Source: a virus
Taxonomy: Duplodnaviria; Caudoviricetes
Virus record (IMG/VR): IMGVR_UViG_2799112742_000018
Coordinates: 50,065 to 114,064 of that record
Reading direction: 5' to 3' (one strand)
DNA: 64,000 bases
Below are positions 47,413 to 56,928 of this stretch, one piece after another (position 1 is the stretch's first letter; every line of letters begins with the position of its first letter). The translations under genes and the position numbers were made by a program. The notes under the pieces are model-generated. The model searched no databases. It saw nothing but the letters and a program-made list of their open reading frames with translations, and was not told the origin of the DNA.

Positions 47413-49788
47413 ATGTGGAAACTTACGCACGTCAGTGCAAGTAATTTTGTTAGTTTCAAGGAGTTAGACCTGGAATTAACACAGGGAGTCGCAACCCTAT
47501 TGTATGGTATCAACAAAGATAATGAGAACCAGAAGAACAATGGAACAGGTAAGTCTTCATTGCTTGAGATAATCGCATTTGGTATTACTGGTGATTCTAT
47601 CAAAAAAGTACCTAACACTAACGATATTATCAACAACTATGAAGAAGAAGCAAGCGTATGTCTCTCCTTCCTTAATGATTACAACGGTAAAAGTTTCAGG
47701 ATCGAGCGTTACATTTCAAGGAGCCAACCGCAGCGCATTGAGCTGTTTGAAGGTACTCCTGGAGATGGGGAGAAAGCCATCGTCCTATCCTCAGTTCTTG
47801 AGTATGGTAAGTATATACTTGATGCCCTGGGATTGACTAAGGATGATATATATGGCTGTTTTCTTCTGAATAGCGCACGTTTCAAGTCTTTCTTTGTTGC
47901 TTCTGACAAGGAGAAGAAGGACATCATTAATAACTTCAGTAATGGTGTTGTGGTTGATGAAGCCATTGATAAGCTTCATGAGGACATGGAGCCTGTATCT
48001 CAACAGCTTACTGATGCCAAGATGGAAGTTGCAAGGTCTCAGGGTGCAGTAGAGGCCATTGTCAGTCAGATACAGGCTACACTGGATAATCAGGAGAATG
48101 AGGCAAATCAGCGTAATGAGCGTATCAATAACATCAAGGAGGAAATTGCCAATAAGAGGGTAATTATTACCCAGAATGAAGAGGCAATTGAAAAAGCCAA
48201 TGAGAGAATTGGCAAGCTTCAGGATGTAAAGGATAAACTTGCCAAGCTTCAGGAAACTGACATTTCCATTACGGAAAGCTATCGTAAGATTAAGGAGATG
48301 TTTCAGCAGAATTGCATTTCCGCTATTGAGGATTATGATAGCAAGGTTGCCATAACCCACGCTAAGATTGAGCAATTCTCAGAATCATTGTCTGAAACGA
48401 AAAAACTGGCTGAAAAGGCACAGAAGGACTACGAGGAATATCAGAAGCAATACGAAAGTGTACGAGATTTGTACACTAAGGCAAAGAACGCTACCGATGT
48501 TAAGATCCCAGATATTGACAAGCATATTGAAGAGCTTAACAATGTTATGGATAACATTGAAAACGCAATAGCTGAATATGAAGTTTCTATTTCCAAGTAC
48601 AATAAGGACATTGACCAAATTGATGCAACCATTAATAGGTTGAATATCAAGATTAATGGCAGTATTACTTGTCCTAAGTGTGGTTATCGGTTTGTTGTAG
48701 AAACCGATGGTGACAATGTTTCTGTAGAGGAGTTGAAAGACCTTATCAAGACACAGAAGACGATTAAAGGAAATCATCAAGACCAAATCTCTGAAATCAA
48801 AGGCAAAATAGCAAAGATGGATGAGAATTTTGACAAATATGATCTTCAGGTTGTTGACATGAAGAAAGAGAAAAAGAGGCTTCGTGAATCGCTTGATGCT
48901 GAATATGCCAAGCTTACGGAAGCCAAGCATAAGCTTTCTGAATTTGCCGATGAACAGGTTCGTTTTTCTCGTGAACTTGACTCTTTGGAAAGGGATAAGA
49001 ACATGTATGTTTCCGAGGTGGAGAATATGTGTTACAAGATGTTCTCTCAGGCCAATACTAATGTGGATAAGGCTATCTCTAATGAGAATATCTGTGTCAG
49101 CAGCTATAAGACTACTATTTCCTCTCAACAGGGCAGTATTGATGTTCTTCTGAAGTCTATTGAGGATTTGAAGAACTTTGATGCTACTGGCGTTGTGGAT
49201 CAGCTAAAGGCTCGTAAGAAAGAGCTTGATGAGGATCTGGAGGGTGCAAGAGTCATAGAGTCAAGTAGGCAGCGTAAATATGATGAACTGGTAGCCCAGG
49301 AGGATTACTTTGTCCGCTTTAAGTCTTACCTTGCCAATACCAAGATAGAGTCAATCGCAGATCTTACTAACAGCTTCCTTCAGCAGATAGGCTCTGATAT
49401 GAGCGTGGAGCTGAGTGGCTATAAGGTACTCAAAAACAAAAAGGTTCGTGAAAAGATCACTGTGTCTGTGCTTCGTAACGGAGAGGATACAGGAGCCTTT
49501 GAGAAGCTTTCTGCTGGTGAGAGGTGTCGTATTGTACTGGCTGGAATACTGGCAATGAGACAGCTTACCAACGCTAACTGCGAGGATGGTAAGGGGTTAG
49601 ATCTCCTGATTATTGATGAATTGATGGATGCTTCTGACTACCCAGGTTTGATGTCTTATGCGGAAGCAATCAATTCACTCGGCATAACTACACTTATGGT
49701 TACTCAGAATGTCGTTTCTGAAAGTTATCCATACAGGCTTGTTGTGCAGAAAGAAGGCGGTATAAGTACTATTATTAACAAAGAATAA
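47413..49788 (+). CDS. sbcC: SbcC/Rad50-like ATPase (T4 gp46-like)
   Basis: NGTGKSS, CPKC zinc hook, LSAGE, IIDE. Confidence 0.93.
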   Translation: MWKLTHVSASNFVSFKELDLELTQGVATLLYGINKDNENQKNNGTGKSSLLEIIAFGITGDSIKKVPNTNDIINNYEEEASVCLSFLNDYNGKSFRIERYISRSQPQRIELFEGTPGDGEKAIVLSSVLEYGKYILDALGLTKDDIYGCFLLNSARFKSFFVASDKEKKDIINNFSNGVVVDEAIDKLHEDMEPVSQQLTDAKMEVARSQGAVEAIVSQIQATLDNQENEANQRNERINNIKEEIANKRVIITQNEEAIEKANERIGKLQDVKDKLAKLQETDISITESYRKIKEMFQQNCISAIEDYDSKVAITHAKIEQFSESLSETKKLAEKAQKDYEEYQKQYESVRDLYTKAKNATDVKIPDIDKHIEELNNVMDNIENAIAEYEVSISKYNKDIDQIDATINRLNIKINGSITCPKCGYRFVVETDGDNVSVEELKDLIKTQKTIKGNHQDQISEIKGKIAKMDENFDKYDLQVVDMKKEKKRLRESLDAEYAKLTEAKHKLSEFADEQVRFSRELDSLERDKNMYVSEVENMCYKMFSQANTNVDKAISNENICVSSYKTTISSQQGSIDVLLKSIEDLKNFDATGVVDQLKARKKELDEDLEGARVIESSRQRKYDELVAQEDYFVRFKSYLANTKIESIADLTNSFLQQIGSDMSVELSGYKVLKNKKVREKITVSVLRNGEDTGAFEKLSAGERCRIVLAGILAMRQLTNANCEDGKGLDLLIIDELMDASDYPGLMSYAEAINSLGITTLMVTQNVVSESYPYRLVVQKEGGISTIINKE

Positions 49789-49791
49789 CCA

Positions 49792-50301
49792 ATGGCACAG
49801 GAAATTACAGAAGAATTTATCAAGTCCTTGACTAAGTGGCAGATATTAGCCTTGGACTGCGCTCAACACACTGGCTTTTATTCATGTAAGGAATACGGAA
49901 CAGTCTATTTCCCAAACACCGATAAGGCACCTAAAAAATTGGGTGAGGATTATGAACAACATAAGGCTTTCAGGGATTGGGTAATTGAGATGGTAAAAAA
50001 GTACAATTTTAAGTTGATTGTTGCCGAAGACGTTAATGTCGGGAACCAGTTTACAGCACTTAGAAAACTATCTCAGTTCCAGGGGGTTTTGTATGAGGTT
50101 TGTGCAACCTTGAAAATACCTCTCATAGTATGCAATGTAGCCAGTATCAAGCGTTTTGCCGCAGGAAAGGGCAATGCTACTAAACAGGAAATGATAGAGG
50201 CTGCTAAACGGCGATGGAAGTTTGACTGTGAAAATGATGACAATCTTGCTGATGCGATGCACATCTTCCATTACATAACTAAACGCTACAACATTCAATA
50301 A
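49792..50301 (+). CDS. ruvC: RuvC-like Holliday junction resolvase
   Basis: ILALD...TG, IVAE, K....GKGNA.K.EM, DN.ADA. Confidence 0.85.
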   Translation: MAQEITEEFIKSLTKWQILALDCAQHTGFYSCKEYGTVYFPNTDKAPKKLGEDYEQHKAFRDWVIEMVKKYNFKLIVAEDVNVGNQFTALRKLSQFQGVLYEVCATLKIPLIVCNVASIKRFAAGKGNATKQEMIEAAKRRWKFDCENDDNLADAMHIFHYITKRYNIQ

Positions 50302-50324
50302 CCAAACAAGTAAATTCCGAGAGT

Positions 50325-50975
50325 ATGGACACAGCAGTAGAAGAAAAGAAAGAACCTGAGAAGAAGCAAAGACATGATCCAGTTCTCAATAAGCCTTTGT
50401 TTGAGAAATACATTGTGCCTAATCTGGATGAGATAAGATCGCTTGTGTTTTTCTATTCCAGCAACAAACAGGAGGTGGATAGTAACTATAACTTTGTACT
50501 GACTGAGATGTACAAGTATATCCACTCTTATGATCCAAGCAAGTCACTAAAGACATGGATACATATTGTTGCAAGGCGCGGCACCCAGTTTCAAAACAAG
50601 AAACAATACCAGGCACATTGCCATGATCATGGCTTGAGCTATGACTTTGATCATGACAATGGCGATGATGACGATGTACTGGAATGTGGTGGTGGATCAA
50701 CAACAATGGTTGTAGGAAATGTGATTGACAATGTTTCTGACAAGGTACTTTCAGCTCTTCAACGCACACCCCCAGCTCTCTTATCGTCATTCATTCTATA
50801 CTTTCAGGGATATAGCCACGAGGAAATCGTGAACATCGAGTATCAGCGTGGCTATATTGACCGAAACGATCCTGATGCAGCAAAGACTATTCAGAACAGA
50901 ATATATATGGCAAAGAAAATAATTAAGAAAACATTAGCTGAGTATGGAATCACCAAAACAGATGGAAACTGGTAA
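50325..50975 (+). CDS. Phage ECF-like RNA polymerase sigma factor
   Basis: Region 2 YDPSKSLKTWIHIVAR; region 4 GYSHEEI...TIQNRIYMAK. Confidence 0.85.
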   Translation: MDTAVEEKKEPEKKQRHDPVLNKPLFEKYIVPNLDEIRSLVFFYSSNKQEVDSNYNFVLTEMYKYIHSYDPSKSLKTWIHIVARRGTQFQNKKQYQAHCHDHGLSYDFDHDNGDDDDVLECGGGSTTMVVGNVIDNVSDKVLSALQRTPPALLSSFILYFQGYSHEEIVNIEYQRGYIDRNDPDAAKTIQNRIYMAKKIIKKTLAEYGITKTDGNW

Positions 50976-51585
50976 GCAGTTTAGGCGAATAGCGAGAGCT
51001 GTCGAGGTTATTATCAGGAAATGTATCTATCCTAAATATAGGCTTCCCCAAAACGAATACTACCTTGTGAATATCGAACAGGGGATGCAGATGTATAGGG
51101 AGAAATGTTATCCGATGGGTTTAGCTGATGAGCGTATAGCAGACTACATCCTTTATCAGATTTATCGTTATCGTGATATGATAGGTACTGATAGCAGATG
51201 GACTATTGTATGGCTATTCACTCAGAATGCAGTGGAAAAATATCGTGCGCAGTTCCTTTCAAAGGGTGGCAAGAGTGGTATGTATTACTATATCCATGAA
51301 TGGATGGATGATAATGAACTTACCATGCGGAGGGTTCTGAATGTGATTGCAGAGCCTAAACCGAATGAGATGGCAAAGTACGTCTATATGCCCTCAGAGG
51401 AACCAATTAAAAGAAGATGGCTGAATACAGAGGCTGGCTATGCCTTATGTGGTACAAGCACTACTGGCTGGTCTCCCCAGTCAAGAATATGTAATCAATG
51501 TAATTATGTAGGAAAATGTAGGGTAAGGATGCAGACAAAGTATCCTGAACTATTAAGAATCAGAAAGGAAATTCAAAATGGCTAA
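50944..51585 (+). CDS. Hypothetical protein with C-terminal four-Cys cluster
   Basis: C....TGWSP.S..CxxC....C; overlaps both sigma and helicase genes. Confidence 0.7.
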   Translation: MESPKQMETGKQFRRIARAVEVIIRKCIYPKYRLPQNEYYLVNIEQGMQMYREKCYPMGLADERIADYILYQIYRYRDMIGTDSRWTIVWLFTQNAVEKYRAQFLSKGGKSGMYYYIHEWMDDNELTMRRVLNVIAEPKPNEMAKYVYMPSEEPIKRRWLNTEAGYALCGTSTTGWSPQSRICNQCNYVGKCRVRMQTKYPELLRIRKEIQNG

Positions 51586-52933
51586 GAAAGAGATGAATGT
51601 GTTGACAGAGGCTTATCTGAATGAACTTTACAATGCGGCAATAGAGAACGATTACATGTGCAGCGTTGTTGTTCAGTATATGAAGGATGAGTATCTGCCA
51701 AGTAGAGATTACCAGATGTTACACAATGGTCTGAAGCAGCATTTCTCACAATACAAGAGAGCGCCTAAATATGGTGTGATAGCGCAGAAAATGGCTACTT
51801 CCAGGTCTGTAACTGAATTGCTTGATGAGATCAGAGATACTGCAACCAACAAGGACACAGACTCAATACGAGATCAGTTTGAGGAGTTTCTAAAATTGGT
51901 TGAGTTCAAGAAGATATACAAGCTCATTGGTGATAAGTTCAACAATGAGAATAGGATAGAGGCTTTGCAGATGTTTCAGGAGCAGAGCCAGAAGATGCAG
52001 ATGTTCTCTTTGAAGCCTGAGACATTCATAGATGTTGCTGGAACATTTGAGCAGCGTTTGAATGAGAATAAGGAGCGCACCTATGCTGAGGATGGGAACA
52101 TGCCAGTCAATAGTTTCTATATTGATTGTCTTGATAACCTCAACCAGGGCAGAAACCTCAGAACACAGCTTACCGTATGGATGGCGATGTCTGGTGTTGG
52201 TAAGTCTCATGTGGCTCGCTGGATAGGCTATAATGGTGCTTATGTAAGTGGCCTTAACGTTCTTCATATCCAGCTTGAGGGTAGCGCTAACGAGACACTG
52301 GATGCTTACTCTGCAACTCTTATCGGTCAGTCTGCCTTTGCTTACGAGACTGGTGATGTCAATACACATTCAGTTGAAATGTTTATTAAGCAGAGTGAAC
52401 AATATAAGGGTTCATTGAAAGTCAAGGCATATTCTAAGTTCGGACAGAAACGTACTACCAATGATATTAAGGCTGTCATGGATGATTACAAGAAGAACTT
52501 TGGTTTCTATCCAGATATTTGTGTTATAGACTCTCTGGATCTTCTTCTTGATAGTACTGGTAGAACATGGAATAAAGATAGTCTTAGATTTTTGCGTATA
52601 TCTGTCGCAGAGGAATTAAAAGACCTTGCCGCAGAGACTAATTGCTGGATAAATGCAACATACCAAGCAACCATAGAAGACAGGAAATTCTGTAATGATG
52701 AGAAGAACGTTCTTGATGGTTACAATCTTTCTGAGGCAAAAGGTCTTCAGCGCCCAGTTACCCATCTTATTTCTTTGAATAGGTCTGATAGGGAGAATGA
52801 AGAAGAGACTATGAGATTGCATGTTGCTAAGTCTCGTTTCTTCCAGAAGGGCGGTACTTATCGTATTGCCACAGATTATGATCATGAGCGCTTTTATGAT
52901 AGAGAGCGCACCTTATCCCTTTCTCAGAAATGA
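51578..52933 (+). CDS. dnaB: Replicative SF4 helicase (DnaB/T4 gp41-like)
   Basis: SGVGKS, VLHIQLE, VIDSLDL, ATYQA, K.R finger. Confidence 0.9.
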   Translation: MAKKEMNVLTEAYLNELYNAAIENDYMCSVVVQYMKDEYLPSRDYQMLHNGLKQHFSQYKRAPKYGVIAQKMATSRSVTELLDEIRDTATNKDTDSIRDQFEEFLKLVEFKKIYKLIGDKFNNENRIEALQMFQEQSQKMQMFSLKPETFIDVAGTFEQRLNENKERTYAEDGNMPVNSFYIDCLDNLNQGRNLRTQLTVWMAMSGVGKSHVARWIGYNGAYVSGLNVLHIQLEGSANETLDAYSATLIGQSAFAYETGDVNTHSVEMFIKQSEQYKGSLKVKAYSKFGQKRTTNDIKAVMDDYKKNFGFYPDICVIDSLDLLLDSTGRTWNKDSLRFLRISVAEELKDLAAETNCWINATYQATIEDRKFCNDEKNVLDGYNLSEAKGLQRPVTHLISLNRSDRENEEETMRLHVAKSRFFQKGGTYRIATDYDHERFYDRERTLSLSQK

Positions 52934-53046
52934 TAAAGAATTGTTCCACTTGTCAGTATGAAAACCAGGATGAAGATAGATACCCTTGTGACCGATGCAC
53001 TCCCTGTCAATCGTCAGTCTATTGGAAGCCTAAGTCTCTCATATAA
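52930..53046 (+). CDS. 38-aa Cys-rich mini-protein (not in the ORF track)
   Basis: ATGA overlap with the helicase stop; MIKNCSTCQY...PCDRC...YWKPK. Confidence 0.7.
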   Translation: MIKNCSTCQYENQDEDRYPCDRCTPCQSSVYWKPKSLI

Positions 53047-53121
53047 TAATAAATAAGGTACATGTGCGCGTGTGAATCGAGCGCCAAATAGGTTAAGAAA
53101 ACTTAATTAATTAATAGAAAA

Positions 53122-53153
53122 TTTGCAAATCTAAAATTTAATTTTTATCTTTG
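53122..53153 (+). promoter_or_regulatory. Housekeeping promoter upstream of primase
   Basis: TTTG-N20-TATCTTTG. Confidence 0.85.
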
Positions 53154-53309
53154 CAGCATTGATTGAGCCACATGTTTGGCAAATTTCTACATTCATAATT
53201 GTCCTGTCTCTTTGACAGGGGTTTGATTGTAAACTTGATTGATTGAACGGAGAGATTGCTTTCGCAGTCTCTCCAAATTTCCACAAGTAAGAAATTAAAC
53301 TAAATTATT

Positions 53310-54341
53310 ATGAATCTTGTAGAAAGCGATAAACGTACCATTATCGACACCTTACAGATTGATTTTCGTGGAAAGACTGATGGAGGACGGAGAAACCTTT
53401 TGTTTCCTCGTTGTCCTTTCTGTGGGCATGATGGTTATAAATTCGGTATCTACATTGGCAAGGATTACGGAGGTAAGATCTTCGGTAAGTCCCATTGTTT
53501 CTCCTGCGGACGTAGTTGTAATAGTCTGAAGGATACATTGGAATTGCTTGACCGTAGAGACCTTCTGCCAAAGGAAACTGAAACTTATAACGAGGAACTA
53601 TCTACGGAGCTTGCCTTGTTTGAGGATGAGATTGACGATGAGCTTGTAGAAGTTGAAATGCCTAAAGGTTACAAGCGTGTATTCAAGAACCACTATCTGA
53701 AAAGTAGGGGATGGAGAAGTGATGACTATGAGTATTTCCCAGTCGGAACAAATCGTGGAATGGACTGGAAATTGGAAGATTATGTTATTATCCCTATTGT
53801 TGAGGATGGTGTTAATGTCGGTTATGTGGCTCGTCATACATGGTCTAAGGATGAGATCGAGTCATATAATGAGAAACACAGAAGAAAGATATTGCGTTAT
53901 AGAAACTCTACCGAGGCTGATGGTAATGGCTTTGAGAAGCTGATCTATAACATTGATGCTATTGTCCCTAATCTTACTGACACAATCATAGTATGCGAGG
54001 GTGTCTTCGATGTTGTCGGACTTACAAGGAAACTGGAGTTGTATGACAATGAGAAGATACAGGCCGTTGCTACTTTCGGGAAGAAGCTCTCAGATACCCA
54101 GCTTTATAAACTGCAATCTAAGGGTGTCAGGACATTGGTCTTGGGATTTGACCAGGATGCAGTTGAGACTACTTGTAAGATAGCAAAGGAGCTGGAGCAG
54201 TACTTTGATGTCTTTATCGTTGATGTGCCACAGGATTGGGAACAGAAGGACTTTGATGAAATGAAGCCCTCCCAGCTCTATGAATTATTTAGTGAACATA
54301 TTAAGACAGTATCAGAATTTAATTTACAGACTATACTATGA
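53310..54341 (+). CDS. dnaG: DNA primase (zinc finger plus TOPRIM)
   Basis: CPFC..HCFSC, VCEGVFD, ATFGK, FDQDA. Confidence 0.9.
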   Translation: MNLVESDKRTIIDTLQIDFRGKTDGGRRNLLFPRCPFCGHDGYKFGIYIGKDYGGKIFGKSHCFSCGRSCNSLKDTLELLDRRDLLPKETETYNEELSTELALFEDEIDDELVEVEMPKGYKRVFKNHYLKSRGWRSDDYEYFPVGTNRGMDWKLEDYVIIPIVEDGVNVGYVARHTWSKDEIESYNEKHRRKILRYRNSTEADGNGFEKLIYNIDAIVPNLTDTIIVCEGVFDVVGLTRKLELYDNEKIQAVATFGKKLSDTQLYKLQSKGVRTLVLGFDQDAVETTCKIAKELEQYFDVFIVDVPQDWEQKDFDEMKPSQLYELFSEHIKTVSEFNLQTIL

Positions 54342-54889
54342 GCAAAGAAGATTTTATTTTTAATATAGGCTATGAGCCAATAGAGGGAGAAATCTGGAAA
54401 GAATGGGAGAAAAGCCCCTTGTATCAGATTAGCAATAAAGGGAGAGTAAGGTCGATAAATGGTCGATTTCGTCATAACAATTGTAAGGAGTGGAGATTAT
54501 TAAAGCCATGTTCTTCTAATAGAAAAGTCCCTTATTTACGTTATGGTTTTTGTATAGGTAGGAAAGTACACATGTACTATGCTTCCAGACTTGTATATGA
54601 GGCCTTTATAGGGAAAATTCCCGATAGGCATAAGGTAATATACAAAGATGGTGACTATACAAATAATTCTGTTGAAAATCTGGCATTGATGAGCTATGAG
54701 GATTTCTTTTGCAATGAGAAAACGAAAAAGATAGGCAGAAATGGCTGTTTTTCAAGAGAAACCTTTATTAGTATTGCAAGGGAGCATCTTTGTGATAAGG
54801 TTTCGTTATCTGACCTTGCGGTAAAATATAATGTGCCATATTATTGTATTGTTAATGCGTGTCAAAGATACAAGAATAAAGTTCTATGA
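54338..54889 (+). CDS. NUMOD4-HNH homing-endonuclease-like protein, catalytic His apparently lost
   Basis: EIWK...YQISNKGRVRS; SRLVYEAF..VIYKDGD.TNN.V.NL. Confidence 0.8.
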   Translation: MSKEDFIFNIGYEPIEGEIWKEWEKSPLYQISNKGRVRSINGRFRHNNCKEWRLLKPCSSNRKVPYLRYGFCIGRKVHMYYASRLVYEAFIGKIPDRHKVIYKDGDYTNNSVENLALMSYEDFFCNEKTKKIGRNGCFSRETFISIAREHLCDKVSLSDLAVKYNVPYYCIVNACQRYKNKVL

Positions 54890-56595
54890 TTGAAGAATTG
54901 GAACAATGGTTGAAAGACCATTACATACAATATAGCCTACGCAGAAATGACATTGTGGACATTCCTGAGTTTGGTCGCTGTCTCTATCAGTCGATGGAGA
55001 AACGAGACCACTTGTTTAAGGTGGATAAGGAAACTAAGGAGGTTCACATTTCTTGCGTTGAGAATTATGAATACCTCAAAAATGACAATATCCAGTATGT
55101 CATTGTAAAGTTCGGTAATTGTTTCTATTACTGGGACATCAATGATCCTAAAGAGGAACTTTATATACTGAAATATGTCGGTAAGTTTGTAGGTTGTGAG
55201 ACTGAATGTGACTACTATCCATTAGGAATACATAGCGGCTTTGAGTTGCTGAATGGATCTTCCAGCCTCAATAATTGGTGTAAGAAGGCAAAGTTCCTGG
55301 GTTATAAGGGAATTGCTACTTGTGAGCTTAATACAATGGCTGCATCCCTGGATCTTCAGCGTGAGGCTACTGCTGCTGGACTGAAATATTGCTTTGGGTA
55401 TTCTCTGATTGTTGAGGTGGGTAATGAGAAGATTGGTATTAAGCTGTATTCTCAGACACAGGAAGGCTTTCAGAATATGCTTAGAATCCAGTATCATATT
55501 AACGTGCTTAGGATGGAGGATAAGATGATTGCCTTATATGACCTTCTACATCTTGCGAAGGGTAATGTTATTGTCTTTGGTAAGCTTTCTTTGTCTTGGT
55601 TGGTAAAGCCTGAGAATGAAGAGGTGGTTAAGGACATGATAAGTTACTTTGAAGCTGCCTACGCACAGATAGACTGGAGTGAGTACAAGGCCAATAGGAT
55701 AGACTCTCAGGTTCTTGTTAATATGAAGGACTATTTTGATGCCACCAGTGACGGATGGATATATGGTATTGAACCAGTTTTAATACAAGATGTCTATTAT
55801 CCTGATGCTGATGAATACAGAAACAAGATAGTTCTCAATAAGATTGATTTGGGAGCCGCACATGAACAATCGGTAAGGCAGTATATGAAGACCTTAGATG
55901 AATTGTTTGATGAGTTTGATGCTTTGTTTTCCAACAAGTACTCTGAGGATGTCTTTTATCTGATGTGCGAGAATACCGCAAAAATCATAGAGCCTGCCAA
56001 TGCTGGATATGACATGAGTGGTAACTATATGCCACGATACGAAATGACACCAGAAGAAGAGGCTAAGTATGGGACAAATCGTAATATGTTCCGTCAGTTG
56101 CTTGAGGAAGGCTTTAAGAGGTTTGTTCCTGAAGGTGAAGAGGAGGTATATCGTAAACGTCTGGAGTATGAGACGTACATATTGGAAAGTACCGATAACA
56201 TAGATTATTTCCTTATCCAGTATGACTGCGTTAATTGGGCAAGAGAACATGATATACTTGTCGGCATTGGCCGAGGCAGTGCTGGAGGTGCATTGTGTCT
56301 TTATCTTATGGGTATTACCCAGATTGATCCTATTAAGTATAGCCTCATCTTTGAGCGTTTCCTTCTTCCTGAACGTGCTGGTCTTGAGGCTAAGGAGTTG
56401 ACAAAGATATGCAAACCGATAGAGTCTTCAGATTATATTGAATTGACTCTTGAGAATGGTAAGACATATAAGTTTGATAGAGATGCGGAGTTCTTAGTAA
56501 ATCGAAACGGCAAGGAAATAAAAATCTATGCTGATGAGCTTGAGGAGGACGATGACATTATTTTCGACAACAAGGATCTATTATTTACACTTTAA
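54886..56595 (+). CDS. dnaE: DNA polymerase III alpha, N-terminal fragment (PHP plus palm start) with intein-N-like tail
   Basis: HSGFELLNG, DYFLI, GRGSAGG, GIT.IDP..Y.L.FERFL.PER. Confidence 0.92.
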   Translation: MIEELEQWLKDHYIQYSLRRNDIVDIPEFGRCLYQSMEKRDHLFKVDKETKEVHISCVENYEYLKNDNIQYVIVKFGNCFYYWDINDPKEELYILKYVGKFVGCETECDYYPLGIHSGFELLNGSSSLNNWCKKAKFLGYKGIATCELNTMAASLDLQREATAAGLKYCFGYSLIVEVGNEKIGIKLYSQTQEGFQNMLRIQYHINVLRMEDKMIALYDLLHLAKGNVIVFGKLSLSWLVKPENEEVVKDMISYFEAAYAQIDWSEYKANRIDSQVLVNMKDYFDATSDGWIYGIEPVLIQDVYYPDADEYRNKIVLNKIDLGAAHEQSVRQYMKTLDELFDEFDALFSNKYSEDVFYLMCENTAKIIEPANAGYDMSGNYMPRYEMTPEEEAKYGTNRNMFRQLLEEGFKRFVPEGEEEVYRKRLEYETYILESTDNIDYFLIQYDCVNWAREHDILVGIGRGSAGGALCLYLMGITQIDPIKYSLIFERFLLPERAGLEAKELTKICKPIESSDYIELTLENGKTYKFDRDAEFLVNRNGKEIKIYADELEEDDDIIFDNKDLLFTL

Positions 56596-56597
56596 GT

Positions 56598-56927
56598 ATG
56601 TACTATTACGCAACGATTAAAACAGATAGTGGGCCAATTCATTTTGAATTTGAACACCTCGCACAAGGTACGGTGGTTGCTCTGGATGCTAAGTTAGATG
56701 ACTTTAAGGCTAAACCTTGCAAGTTGCCTGATGGAAGTGATGGAATAGAATTTGCACCTAAGACCGCTAAGGATTGTAGGAACATAGATGGATGTATCTA
56801 TCTTCACTTAGGGGCTGTTTCAGATACTGAAATGGTAAGGTTGATAGAAATATTCCTAAAGGCAGTAAAGGACAAAACCCTGTGGAAGCAATCAATGCCG
56901 AATACAATAATCACAACCATTCGATAG
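56598..56927 (+). CDS. Hypothetical protein between the two dnaE halves
   Basis: Tightly packed, 2 nt and 1 nt from its neighbours. Confidence 0.7.
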   Translation: MYYYATIKTDSGPIHFEFEHLAQGTVVALDAKLDDFKAKPCKLPDGSDGIEFAPKTAKDCRNIDGCIYLHLGAVSDTEMVRLIEIFLKAVKDKTLWKQSMPNTIITTIR

Positions 56928-56928
56928 T

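Noticed and set aside
47579-49153. Long antisense and alternate-frame ORFs over sbcC (and similar ones over dnaE, sheath and tape measure genes)
   Set aside because: These are shadow ORFs expected from biased codon use on the coding strand; they have no motifs or expression signals.
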